Source: Eledone cirrhosa (lineage: Eukaryota). Taken from it: 64,000 nt of DNA. The DNA is taken from assembly GCA_964016885.1 (NCBI GenBank), contig OZ024742.1, positions 266,104,001 through 266,168,000 on the forward strand. The letters run 5' to 3'. Below, piece by piece: positions 48,670 to 61,570 of the stretch (positions are counted from its first letter, which is position 1; each line of letters begins with the position of its first letter). The notes beneath the pieces are model-generated. The model was not told the origin of the DNA. It ran no database searches and was given only the letters and a program-made list of their open reading frames with translations. Made by a program: the position numbers and the translations under genes.

Positions 48670-49659
48670 AGGTACTCAATAAATATACGCATATACGCAG
48701 GCACATAAAGACACCTCTACAGGCAGAAAATGTAGATACGAAAGAGGTACTCACATAACCATAGTGGCCGTATTTCAGGTTGAGGAGGGGTGGGGGTAGG
48801 GTGGGGAGGAGGTATAGGGTCCAATAGGGGGAGGTCGTTTTTAGCCATCGGGCTTTAACACTGGCTTAAAGTGTTTGAAAGTTGCAAAGTTCTTGTGCAT
48901 GCAGTTCGGGCAGTGTTCAGAGAGTTTGTTCAGTAGCGGGCCCTTGGCGAATAAAATTTCGTAGCTCTCTGAAATACAAAGGTCGCAGCCCTTGTGTCCT
49001 CCGTTGTAAGAGCGCGCTTTCTGGAGTATTTTCCAATTAAGCGTGAAGGGGGTGGAGTTCCTTTTGAGGTCCCAAACGTAGGAGGCGAGTGTTGTCTGAT
49101 TTGCTTTATCAGGTCTTCTGAAGGAGTGGGTATGGGCATACCAACGGGTCTTAAAGTTGTTGGAGGTCATGCCGATGTAAGTTTTTTTGCAATCCTCGGT
49201 GCCTGAAATGACATCGCATTTGTATACGATGTCATTTGTGAGGCATTTGTTTTCAAGTGGGCATGCTTCCTTATTTAGGCAATTACATAGAGCCCCAGTC
49301 CGGGGATTGGTTTCGGAGGTGGTTGGCTTATTTAGTTTAGAATTGTGGTTGGCTATATTCCTAGCAAGGTTAGGTGTGGTGGAGTAAGACAGTCTTATAG
49401 TGTTCTTATTAAAGATGGTGTAGTTACTCTGGTGTAGTTACTCTAAAAACTTAAATAAATAAAAATAAACTATAGCTTTGTAGAATTAGCTTTTAATGAA
49501 TTCCCTTTTCTATCAACCAATGACCTGCACCCATCCCACTCCCCACCCTCTCCACTTGTAGAGACCTATAAATACCATATTTATTTTTTGATACCCAGAT
49601 TCCTGATGATTTCTAATGAATGAAACAGTTCTAGTCCTGTAGAATCTCATCTATATTAA

Positions 49660-49663
<4 letters not shown>
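48670..49663 (-). mobile_element. Penelope-like (Naiad-like) GIY-YIG fragment with 5' inverted pLTR
   Basis: Minus frame 49425-48841: NTIRLSYSTTPN...CNCLNKEACPLENKC...IVYKC...YIGMTSNNFKTRW...CDLC...CMHK; inverted pLTR 49437-49663. Confidence 0.88.
49597..49647 (+). ncRNA. Type I hammerhead ribozyme in the inverted pLTR
   Basis: AGATTC/GAATCT stem I, CTGATGA, GAAA, ACAG/CTGT stem III, GTA cleavage triplet (after 49641). Confidence 0.7.
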
Positions 49664-49725
<62 letters not shown>

Positions 49726-49735
49726 GTATACATAT

Positions 49736-51009
49736 ATCATCATCACCTCCGTTTTACATCTATTTTCCACACTAGCATGAGTTAGACAGGTTGTCCTGTT
49801 GTGGGCAATGCTAGGTCAGGTGACCATGTCTTGCTCATACAGGACTGATTCTGGCTTGGTTTCTACACCTGGATGCCCTTCCTAATGTCAAACTCATTTA
49901 CAGTGTGAACTGGGTGCTTTTTGTTGCGACACCTACACGAACACTTTACAGTGAGGGCTGGGGCCTTCAATGGAGGCAATTTCTTTGGCCTGTCCTCGAG
50001 GGGGTGTATGGGAGAGTGGGTTGCGGCATACTGTATGCTTTGGCTTGTGCTCGTGGGAAGTCGGGTCTTCTGTATTACTTTGTATCCCCAGAGATCTCAG
50101 TCTTGTGTCATCACATTTGAAAGGTGCAATTGGGCGAAGTCAGCTTTTACCACCTCATCCCAAGTCTTCCCGAGTCTCTCCGCTCCATGGCTTCCATCGA
50201 CTTTGAGCGCTCTGCAGCTTTTTATACAGCTGATATCCTACATACGCATCACATGTCTATAACAACGTAATCTCCTCTCCTGCACACAGCATTTGATTCC
50301 TCTTATGCCTAGTTTCTCTCTCAGTTCATTTATGTTTCACCGTTCTCGTATATTACTATTACACATCCATCAGAGCATGCAAACTTCATTTCTTTCCAAT
50401 TTACGCAAGTCTTCTGCACATAGCGTCCAAGTGTCACTACCATGCAACATAGCTGTGCGTACGCACGCATCATCCAGTCTGCCTTTCATTCTGAGGGAGA
50501 AGTCTTTTGTAGACTGCAGTGGTAGTAGCACCATGAACTTCCTCTATCCCGTTCTTACTCTGGCTACTGTACTCTCAGAACACCCACTGCTGCTGGTAAT
50601 TCGGTCACCTAAGTAGCAGAAACTGTCTACTGTTTCTACAGAGCCCTCCCAGAATTTGGTAGCGCTTGTTTCCTGCAGTTGTTGCTGCTTACTATTCCAG
50701 TGCAACTGCTACATACATGTAAAGCCTACATTCTTAGATAAACTTGATGAGATCCCACTACATCTCTTGTGTACCCATAGTTTGCATATGGAGCAGAGGA
50801 TAGAGTTTCTACCTACACCTTTCCTACATACGGAGCAAGACCATTTCCTCAAGGGGATCTGGGTTCTGTTTTTTCTTCTACTTACTAGGACCTTAGTCTT
50901 TGTCAAGTTGACTTTAAGACCCCTTCTTTCTAGGCCCTGATTCCATGTTTGGAATTTCTTCTCTAGTTCTACCATAGATTCAGCTATGAGTGCAAGATCA
51001 TTCACGTAG
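49736..51009 (-). mobile_element. Older degraded RTE (family B-related) 3' fragment
   Basis: DLALIAESMVELEKKFQTW...CSVCRKGVGRNSILC...; (ATC)n tail; stop codons. Confidence 0.88.
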
Positions 51010-51667
51010 ATGGTTGATATCTTGATACTCCAATAACTACATATGAAGCAAAAAAATGTATTTTGGACACTAAATTTATAAATACATGGCTCTGTGGTTA
51101 AGAAGTTCACCTTGCAATCATATGGCTCTAGATCTGATCCCACTGCACCTTGGAAAAATATTTTCTATAGCTTCAACTCGTCAATGAAGTTAGTTACAAG
51201 GAAACTGTGTGGAAGTCCATTGTATAGATTGCACCAGTAACTGTCACACTATTTCTAATTGTGTATTACATTAAAGGTATAACTAGACATTGATTAGTGA
51301 TATTCTAATAATCAATACAAACAAGAGAATCCATTATGCATGTATGTATGATTTCATTATCTGATACAGACAAATATTGATATAATAATGTTCCATGTGT
51401 CCTCCTTCTAAAACCTAGTGGTGAAGTGGAGCAGAAAAAAAGCAAAATAAGAAAAGTATGACACTGTGTGGGTGTGTATGTGGTGACATGTGTGGTTAAG
51501 TATGCATGTGTGTGTGCACACATGTGTGTCTGGTGGCAAGTGTAGTTAGGTGTACAGGAGAGGTACTAGTGGCAGTATCTGTGTGCCTGCAACAGTGAAT
51601 GTGTGTGCATGTGCGTGTGTGTCTAATATGCTGATTAGATTGAAAGCATGTTTAGATCACAACTTAC

Positions 51668-51733
51668 ATCTGCTTCTCTTGTTGATACCTTAACACTGTC
51701 TGGAAATACCATGTTGTTGCCACGGTCAAGTTT
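51668..51733 (-). CDS. TBC1D9: TBC1D8/9-family coding exon (KLDRGNNMVFPDSVKVSTREAD)
   Basis: tccag acceptor, gtaagt donor; 66 nt, phase 0-0. Confidence 0.9.
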
Positions 51734-52053
51734 CTGGACAGGGAAACAGAAAATATACACAGTTACAGATGTAAATACAATTACATTAATATACAATTAA
51801 ATAATCAACAGCAGAGCAACATCATTTAATAGTCACCTTTCCATGATAGCAAATATATACATAAATATAAATTGGACACACATACACACAACACTTTCAA
51901 ATAGAACAAATGAGACAAACACACACAACAACAAACTTCACTCTACACGCACAAAACAAGTTACACTCCACACAAATACACAAAACCACACACATACACA
52001 CAAACCAAACTAGATACATATACACAATACAACAATAGAAGTATGTGAGTTAC

Positions 52054-52187
52054 CGTGACATCTGTCCACCGAATGATCAACTTGGCTTCCTTGCCCATCA
52101 GGTAGGAGTAGAAAGAAATATGATTGATGCTCAAATACATCCAGCCTTGCCTTGGAACTTTGCCTTTCCAGTAGCTACAGGAATAGT
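52054..52187 (-). CDS. TBC1D9: TBC1D8/9-family coding exon, GRAM 1 core ([45 protein letters not shown])
   Basis: tttcag acceptor, gtaact donor; 134 nt; [19 protein letters not shown] is characteristic of TBC1D8/9. Confidence 0.96.
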
Positions 52188-52461
52188 CTGAAATGGTAAT
52201 TGTCATGGTGGGAGAGAGAGAAAGAGAAAATAGAAGTTGTCAGGGATACCAAATATAACCTAGTCACAACATATGGTATGATACATAAACATCACCAGTT
52301 ATGTGTCTGCTTCTTCATGTTGGCATGGGTTGGATGACATTTTATGGGGCAGAATTCTGTGATACTACATACTATGTTAAACACACTACACTTAAACCAC
52401 TGGACTATATCAAACAGACTACATAACACTTACACTACTTGACTAGGCTAAAAGACAGAAT

Positions 52462-52851
52462 TACACCTCTCAAAGGCAATGATACACGACCGTGACCTCT
52501 GGCGTCACGCAGTAATACAGAGTACCCAACCTCCCATGGGTACAAGCTGAAGCATATAGACAATATGCCCCCACACCCCCCACCGCAAGGTGGTCGTGGA
52601 GGTGCCATGGCAAAAAAGCACCCAGCCCACACTGTAAAGTAGACGTGTAGGCGCCACGAAAAAGCACCCAGCACTCACTGTAAATGAGGTTGGTGTTAGG
52701 AAGGGCATCCAGCTGTAGAAATCAAGCCAAATCAGTTCCTATATGAGCAAGGCATGGTCAGCCGACCAGACACTGCCCACAACAGGACAACCCGTCTAAC
52801 CCATGCTAGCGTGGAAGAACGGACGTAAAACGGTGATGATGATGATGATGA
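52462..52851 (+). mobile_element. RTE family B 3' fragment
   Basis: Matches 47472-47865; (GAT)n tail; lies in a small intron. Confidence 0.92.
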
Positions 52852-53006
52852 CACTTATACTACTACACTATATAAAACCAACTAAACTACACTTACAATA
52901 CTTATCCCACAACAAACAGCATTACACCTGCACCACTAGACTAAATAAAATAATCTACACTACACAATACAACACACTCCTACACCATGTTTAAAATACT
53001 ACTTAC

Positions 53007-53093
53007 AATTGACCAGTTTTTCTTCCTTGGGCATGTTGAAAAGTTTATGGAACTTCCGAGTGGCAGCTTTAAATCTCTCTGTTTCATCATCAA
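53007..53093 (-). CDS. TBC1D9: TBC1D8/9-family coding exon (VDDETERFKAATRKFHKLFNMPKEEKLVN), start of GRAM 1
   Basis: tttccag acceptor, gtaagt donor; 87 nt; F--LF-MP-EEKLVNY GRAM motif. Confidence 0.93.
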
Positions 53094-54973
53094 CTGGAAA
53101 TAATTGAAACATGAAATAATTACAACACAAAATAATTACATGAAATAATTACAAAATACAACAAAATAAACAGAAGTGTGGAATGGCATCATCATCATCA
53201 TTTAACATTCACTTTCCCTGCTAGCAAGGGTTGGACAGGTCTACATAGACCAAGTCACTACTGAAGCATGGCTACTGACTTCCCAGACAGGTCGGAAGGT
53301 CTGCTCTTGCTTACACATGGTCTCACATTCTACTGAGTGCACAAGATAAGTTGTCAGGTCTTTCAGACAACTGAATGGTCCTCCCAACCCTTTGTTTGTC
53401 TAGCTTTCCTCAGCTGGATACTCTTCCTATCATAGTTTAAATATACATTTTTTAATATCACTTAACCCTTTTGATACAAAACTGCCTGAAATTGCCCCTG
53501 GTTCAATGATACATAACTTAATTTTAAACTGTTTGGATTTATTTAAAAACTTTCCATCATAATTTTATGTAAGAACCTTTGTTGATCCATCCAGCAAACA
53601 CAGGGAAAGTATTACTAAATTGCTCTAATTTTTGATTATTTTCAAAATTATTCGAAAATCATATGCAGTTTCTTTCTTTAGAAATATGGTAATAAAAGGA
53701 TTAAAAGACTGACAAAAAGCGGAAAAAGCCCACAAGACATGAGTAGTTCCAAGTCAACCCTGATCCAGTAGATCCTTGATGTGTATGTAGATGGCCATAT
53801 AACTAAGCATGACCCAAACATATGTATGTTACTCAAAATATACCATTTGGTTGAGGGCCATACTGTATACTGAAACATATAGAGGTTAATTGCATCATAG
53901 AAAAGTGCTTGAAGCAAACGGAGCCACTGATGATGTAGCTATTTCTGTGAGGGTTTTTTAATGTTTGTCAGAACTAAGTAGGAGAGCAAGAGTGTTTCTG
54001 ATATGGTGAAAGTTTTACATTTGATTTAATCAAGATGTCAATCAGTAGCAGCTGAAAATGACAGAATCCTTTTTATAACTGAATGTAGTTAACTTGATTA
54101 ATTACACCATAACAAAGATTAAAGATCCAATCACTACTCAGATCTTATACCTCACCTTCTCTAATCTTAGAAAACATACAATTAAAAGCCTTATAATTGC
54201 TACTGGTGGCAAGCCTAAATAATGTCTAATGATCTTTCCTGTAAAAGTCAAGTATATAATTGTTGAAACTGCAACACAAAATTTTGACTTCTGCTTTGGA
54301 GCCAGAAAATACTTCAGCCCTGCTGACTAACACAACACCATATACAGTCATTATAATGAAGAATTACAGTTGAAAGTAAGATGATAGCATCTCAATGTAC
54401 TGGTTGATACTACTCTATATATAGTAAATAGGTGATAGAGTGTCATTCTAGTGGCTGATACTTCACCAATTGTAATAGATGGAGATTTACAGTTAAAAGT
54501 AAAATGATAGAGTATCAATGAACTGGTTGATGGTTGAAGATAGATATTTCATTAGCATAGTTACAACCCACTACTGAAAACAACAAGAGCACTATGCAAT
54601 ATACAAGCTGGTAATACTTCAACATACTTATAGCTTAGAAAAGTATGATCTCAAAAAGACAAACCTTAGACATAGTATGTGTCAATGGGGGAGCCTATAT
54701 GTGTAGTACTTCTATGTATTAAATAATGTAATCTTAGATGCAATGTATCTGAAAATAAAATTGAATGATTATATCTGGAATTACATTGATCTTATGTTTA
54801 CTTAGTGACAGCTGACCTGGAACTAAACCTCAAAGTAATCAGCTGTGCCTGTGTGTTCCAAGCAGTTATATCAGATATTCCTTCAGAAGTATGTGATTTG
54901 AAAAAGAGGATCTTGTAATATTGTTTAAAAGTAATTGTTATGTTAATAAGAGAAAATGTTGTAATATTATTAC

Positions 54974-55060
54974 CATCTTTGGAACTGTCTCTGTTAGCAA
55001 GAATACTTTCCACTTTACATTTAACAAACTCAGTAGCATCTTCTTCATTTTCAAATGCAC
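54974..55060 (-). CDS. TBC1D9: TBC1D8/9-family coding exon (GAFENEEDATEFVKCKVESILANRDSSKD)
   Basis: ttgtag acceptor, gtaat donor; 87 nt; phase fits neighbours; FENE-D---FV-K family motif. Confidence 0.9.
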
Positions 55061-55109
55061 CTACAAAAATTTAACAGCAGAAGCAATGATAATAATAGTA
55101 ATAATAATA

Positions 55110-55315
55110 ACATTAATAATAATAATAACTGTTTCTACTTTAAACGCAAGGCCAGTAATTTGAAGGGGAGGGGAAAGTTGATTAAATCGACCTCAGTGAA
55201 TTACTGGTACTTTATATTATCAACCGCGTGAAAGGCAAAGCTAACCTCAGCAGGCTTTGAACTCAGAATGTAAACGGTCGTAACTCAATGCTACAAAGCA
55301 TGCTGTCCAATGCTC
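55110..55315 (-). mobile_element. (ATT)n-tailed tRNA-derived SINE, degenerate
   Basis: Same tail and central domain as the other copies. Confidence 0.7.
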
Positions 55316-55331
55316 AATAATAATGATAATA

Positions 55332-58300
55332 CTGGAGTGGTGACCAGTGCAGTATAGCTCACTTCAATTTTAAGAGATGGTGTCTCAAAAAAAAACACTG
55401 GTCGTAGTGGAACCTTAAAACCTCAATGAATGAAATCTATCAAAACATTTGTTTACACAAAAAAATGAATGGTGTTGGAGCTACTAGTGAAGGCGTCTCT
55501 GAGATTGAGATTGAAATGGTAAAGAAAAAGATAAGCTAGGAGGATATGGAGGATATAAAAGCTCAGGATGATGGAGATTCAAACATAGATGAGAGTATAG
55601 AAAATGATGGAATCCAACAGGAAGAAAGGGAACTGAATATTCAACACAATGCGTGAGTTGACATTAACATTGACAAACTGAAGGACATATCAGAAAAAAA
55701 CAGACAGATGATTGCTGGAGATCTCTAAATCAGGAGGCAGTAATCAAAAAAAATGTTTCAAAAGCAAACCAATGTCAGCTAAAAGAAAGAACTAACAAAG
55801 TAAGCAACATCCTTGACAAGGTGTCAACTAGAATCATCACAGAAACCAACAATCAACTCAGTGCTGCAAATATCTACATTGCTAAATTTTTAGGTCTGAA
55901 ACAGACTACACAAAAGCAGATTAAGGAATCATGGTGGAAAAGGAGAATTGAAGGGGACATCAAAATGCTTAGGAAAGATATCAATAAACAAGGTGAATTA
56001 AAAAAAGGGGGAAAGAACAACAATATCAGGAGAAAGAAGATTAGAACAGTAATTGAGGAGCTGAAACAAAAGGTACTTGCCAGAGCTGCAAAGATTAAGA
56101 GCTATGAACAATGGACCACGCAGTATAAACAGAATATATATTTCCTACAAAATGAGAAGAGATTCTATGAGGAGGTAAATGGCATGGTTAGGAATGATGA
56201 TGTAATCTCTGATTTAGATGAAAGTAAGAAGTTTTGGAGTGATATCTGGAGTGTTGTAAAAGAGCACAATAGAAGTGTGGAGTGGCTAACTAACATCAAA
56301 TATGACATTGAGGATAATCAACAGGGAGAATTGGAGATAACAACTGATATGGTAACTATCTAGTGTAGAAAGATACCAAATTGGAAAGCTCCTGGCAGAG
56401 ACGGTGTGCAAGGTTTCTGGTTGAAAAAGCTGAGGTCCCTTCATGGGAGAATTGCTGAGCAACTGAATAAGATCTTGAATGGACAAGAGAGGTTGTCAGT
56501 ATGGCTAGCCTTTAGGAGAAAAATCTTGTGTTTGAAGGACCCCAGCAATGGAACTGCAGTTGACAACATTAGACCTATCTCTTGCCTCCCTCTTATGTGG
56601 AAACTTATGACGGGTGTCATTGCTGAGGCAACGTATGAATGCCTGGAGGAAACACTACATGCAGAACAGAAGGGGTGTAGAAGAAGCAGGGGGACTAAGG
56701 ATCAATTAATGATTGAAAAAGCGATCCCTAAAGATTGTAAAAGGAGACACACAAATCTTGCCGTGGCCTGGATTGATTACTGCAAGGCTTATGACATGGT
56801 GTCACATAATGAGATAGTAGAATGCTTTAAAATGTTTGGTATTGCAGCTAATGCTAGACAGTTTCTGGTGAGCAGTAAGCAAACATTGGGAGTTGTGAAG
56901 ATCAAGAGAGGAATATTTCAGGGAGACAGTCTTTCAACTTTGCTGTTTGTACTGTGTATGGTTCCATTTTCATTGGTGTTGAGGTCAAAGGCTGGTTACA
57001 AGTGGGGAGAACGAGAGTTTAAGATAAACCACCTGCTGTTCATGGATGACTTAAAACTTTATGGGAAATCCTATGAACATATTGATTCCTTTGTACAGAC
57101 AGTTAATACATTTAGTACGGACATGGAAATGGAATTTGGCATAAAAATGTGGGAGGTTCTACTACTGAAGCAAGGTAGAATTAATAAGATGGAAGGAATT
57201 GAATTACCATATGGACAAGTTATGAAAGAAATTGATGACATTGGGTATAGGTACTTAGGCACCCTGGACACAAACCGAATGGAAGAGAAGAAAATGAAAG
57301 AACTATTATCAAAGGAATATAAATGGAAACTGAAGTTGGTGTTAAAGACGAAGGTAAGTGGTCGGAATAAGATACTGGCTATCAACACATAGGCTGTTGC
57401 AGTGTTAAGGTATAACACTGGTATGATAAAGTGGAGATGTGATGAACTTAAGGAGCATGATAGAAAAATCAGGAAAATGATGACACTACAATGGGCTCTA
57501 CACCCCAAAAGTTATATGGACAGGTTGCATCTATCACGACAGAGAGAAGGAAGAGTCTCATTAGCTGTGAAATGAGTGTGAAGTCAAAGGAAAATAATCT
57601 GGCATGGTAAGTAAAAAATTCAAAGGTGAGATTAATGGCAGGAGTAAGAAAGATAAAGGTCCTAAACAGTGATGAAGCAAAGTAAAAGGGAGAATTTAAA
57701 CACGACAGACAGAATGACACATTGAATAGATGGGAGAGAGAAAAAATGTATGGTCAATTCAAATGTGAAATGTCTGAGACTGTTGACAAAGATAGGAACT
57801 GGGAATGGACTTGGAAAAGTGACTTAAAAGTTGAAATGGAGGCCCTTATGTTTGCAGTCCAGGAACAGACATTGAGAATATTCTATATCAAGTTCAATAT
57901 TGACTAGTCAGGGAATTACTCACTTTGTAGGCTGTGTAGTGAGAAAGGTGAGATAATAAACCACATTATTAGTGAATGTAAGATGATTGATCGGAAAGAG
58001 TACAACATTGCCAGATTGGTTCATTGGAAGCTCTGTCATAAGTATGGCAGGAGCTGAAGTGAGAAATTGTATGAACAGCAACCAGAAATGGTGGCTGAAA
58101 ATTAACAGTATAAGATCTTGTGGGACATGACCACCTAGTGCAACCATTTTATCATGGCTAGAAAGCCTGACATTATTGTTGTAGGAAAGAAGAATAACAA
58201 GGCATGTATTGTGGATATTGCTTCACTGTGGGACCACAGGGTGAATGAGAAAGAAAGTGAAAAAGTTGAGAGATACCAGAAGCTGAAGAGAGAAATCAGA

Positions 58301-58571
58301 TAACTGTGTAGAATCATATATGTAGAAGTGGTTCCGATTGTGGTTGGCACATTCTGAGCAGTTAGTAGAAGGTTGGATACATGACTTCAGAAGCTAGGAA
58401 TTATCATCAGGAATGTTGCAGAAAACAGCCTTGCTGGGAACAGCAAGAATTCTAAGAAGGGTGTTGGAAAGTTAAAGGAAAAGAAATGAGCCAAAGGATC
58501 TTTGGCCATTGGCTATGGCTTGCTCTTTTGGTATAGTGTTGGTATAACATCTGCCAGATCAAAAGCATTAC
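55332..58571 (+). mobile_element. Degraded R4/Dong-clade RLE non-LTR retrotransposon in (TAA)n
   Basis: [61 protein letters not shown]...HIISEC knuckle, RKPDII RLE; (AAT)n on both flanks. Confidence 0.9.
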
Positions 58572-58599
58572 AAATAATAATAATAATAATAATAATAAC

Positions 58600-59470
58600 A
58601 ACAACAACAATGGTTTCTTATATAGGCACAAGGCCATCAATTTTGGGGGAGGGGACAGTCCATTAAATCGACCCCAGTGTGTGACTGGTACTTTATTTTA
58701 TCGACCCTGTAAGGATGAAAGGCAAAGTTAACCTCGGCAGGATTTGAACTCAGATCATAAAAGGCCATAACTCTATGCTGCAAAGCATGGCGTCCGACGC
58801 TCTACCGATACTGCCAATACATCATTTCATTTTACGTCCGCTTTTCCCTGCTTGCAAGGGTGGGACACACACCCTAATAATAATTGTTTCTACTTTTGGC
58901 ACAAGGCCAGCAATTACTCAGTATATTACTGGTACTTTATTTTATCGACCCCGTAAGGATGAAAGGTAAAGTTAACCTCAGCGGGATTTGCACTCAGAAT
59001 GGCGAGGGCCGTAACTCCATGCGTCAAAGCTTGGCGTCCGACCCTCTACCAATACTGCCAATCCACCACCCTAATAATAATAATAATAATTGTTTCTACT
59101 TTTGGCACAAGGCCAGCAATTATCCCAGTGCATTACTGGTACTTTAATAATTGTTTTTACTTTTGGCACAAGGCCAGCAATTACCCAGTGTATTACTGGT
59201 ACTTTATTTTATCGACCCCGTAAGGATGAAAGGCAAAGTTAACCTCGGCGGGATTTGAACTCAGAATGACAAGGGCCGTAACTCTATGCGTCAAAGCATG
59301 GCGTCCGACCCTCTACCAATACTGCCAATCCACCACCCTAATAATAATAATAATAATTGTTTCTACTTTTGGCACAAGGCCATAAATTATCCTAGTGCAT
59401 TACTGGTACTTTAATAATAATAATGATGATGGTATCTAATTTAGGCACAAGGCCAGCAATTTAGTGAAGA
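58600..59470 (-). mobile_element. Tandem multimer of (ATT)n-tailed SINEs (three near-full copies plus partial tails)
   Basis: Repeated AATAATTGTTTCTACTTTTGGCACAAGGCCAGCAATT...ATACTGCCAATCCACC units. Confidence 0.88.
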
Positions 59471-59692
59471 GGAAATTTCATTAAATCTCTGCTATATTTA
59501 AGTGGGTCATTTATCTTATTGGTAAAATTGCTCTCAACAGAATTTCAACTCAAAAGATAAACTATAATTAAATACTGCAAGTCATTTTGTCTGATGCACT
59601 AATGATTCTGGCAATCCTCTACCCTTGTTGTTGACAAAGTGTCCAATTTATACCAACATAGAAAACAGGTATAAAATGATGATGTATATGTA

Positions 59693-60102
59693 TACCTAAA
59701 TACATAGTAAAACCTACTACAGTCAGTAGGCATCTCTAACAAAATACACCCCCGTCCCGCCACCACCCCCACCCCATCCACACCGCCCCCTTCTATGTAA
59801 AGTTATGTTGGTGCCACACCATCCAGGCCGAAACAAATGAGATCGTGTAGGTGTCACGACAAAAAAACACACAGTCCACGCTGTAATGTGGCCGTGTAGG
59901 CAACACGGTAAAAACCTCCCAGACCCACACTGTAAATGTGGTTGGTGTTAGGAAGGGCATCCAAATGTAGAAAACCTGCCAGACAGTCCTATGCGAGCAA
60001 GACAATCACTCTTGCCTCAAGTGGGAAAACCCCCGTCCAAACCCATGCAAGCATGGAACACGGACGTTAAACGTTGATGATGATGATGATGATGATGATG
60101 AT
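59693..60102 (+). mobile_element. RTE family A 3'UTR fragment
   Basis: Near-identical to the family A 3'UTR; (GAT)n tail; lies next to an older AAAATGATGATG tail. Confidence 0.92.
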
Positions 60103-60399
60103 TGTACTGAGTATGTTTGTAAACAACTTTGTATGTAAATTTACATGCCATATGTATATAATAGCCATACATTGAGCCCCTCTCTAGTTAAATAACCAGG
60201 CTTTCTTTGTAGAAGAGAATGAAAAACAATCTGATTTTTTTAACTAGTCAAAGTCAGTTCATCAGATAGGTAATTTCAAAGGTAAGGCAGACAGCCAATT
60301 AACTATGAGATTCTCTTACACCTTCAAACTCTCTCTCTCTCTCTCTCTTGAGTAATAGTATGGTTTCTGTAAAGCTAAATTTACCAGATATCTATTTTC

Positions 60400-61570
60400 C
60401 AATATCTCTCACTCGTAGGCACTTCACATTAGAAAAATTGGTGAAAACAATGTTGTTGCTCAACATCAGAAAAGCTTTCAACCATGTCTTGCAAGTGAAT
60501 CTCCTAAACTGCTTATCTATGGGCTTCATTTAGCTTTCATTACTTTGATTGGTAGCTTCTTATCAGATCATACTACTGGAACGTGAACTGATGGTGCTCT
60601 CTCTGTCCCACACTATCAATTCTGGTATGCCCCAGGGTCCAGTTCTCCTACCCCAACACACACACACTTTTCTTTACAGCATTAACCTACTAGCCATCAC
60701 ACTCAACAACACCCACTCTCATGCAGATGATACTACCCTCCATTCCACCATAACCTTCTCCAACCAAATGTCATACACACACTATCATAACACTTCACAA
60801 GCTTGCACTGATTCCAAGAACAGAAACCTAGAAAGCATCGCCTGGTAGCATCATTCATGCCAATCTCATCTTTCAACAGATAAAAAAACACAAAACACTT
60901 GTCATTTCAAAACATGACACCCCACCTTCCTTAAGCATGAACAGCATGTAACTAGAGCCTTCACAGTCACTTCAAATGCTAAGCCAAACAATCACCAAGG
61001 ATTTCTTTTGTAAAACACCCTTTCTCAACATAGCCAAGACAAAAATCAATGACTGGCCCTTTTCTTCAGAGCCAGAAAATACTTCAACCTCTAACAACTA
61101 ATGATCGGCTACAAGGCTTAGGTGTAAACCTAAACCACAATGGAGTACTGCTCCCACAAATAGGATGGTTCTGCGGTTGTTCACACTAGCATCTTATGCC
61201 ACATCCATAGAAAAGCTACTTGGTTAATCAGTATAAAGTTGATCCCCAACACTCTCCAGTCTCTTGCCCACAGACATGATGTCTTTTTCCTTTGCCTCTC
61301 TTACTATTACTACAATGGTCTCTGTTTCTTGGAGATTGCTAATCTCAACACACATCTACTCAAGCATTCTGATTCATTTGTCTCTTTTCATTTCATCACC
61401 AATGCTGTGTTCAAACCCAGAGGTCTCACACTAACCACTATACCCAACCCTTCTTGCTCCAAATGTCAGCCCTCTAGAACCTTCCCTGTTCATGTCATTC
61501 CAAATAGAGTGGACCTGCCGTGGTATAAGCAGAATATCAACAACATTGATTTCTTCAAACTCGTGTGAAG
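60400..61570 (+). mobile_element. Degraded CR1/L2-group LINE RT fragment
   Basis: LNIRKAFNHV, INSGMPQGPVL, HADDTTLH, MEYCSH, SLAHR...YYNG in broken frames. Confidence 0.7.

Noticed and set aside
21213-48754. Many long Ile/Tyr/His/Thr-rich ORFs (IYIYIY, HTHT, VCVC)
   Set aside because: Translations of (TA)n/(CA)n microsatellites that lack stops by composition; not genes.
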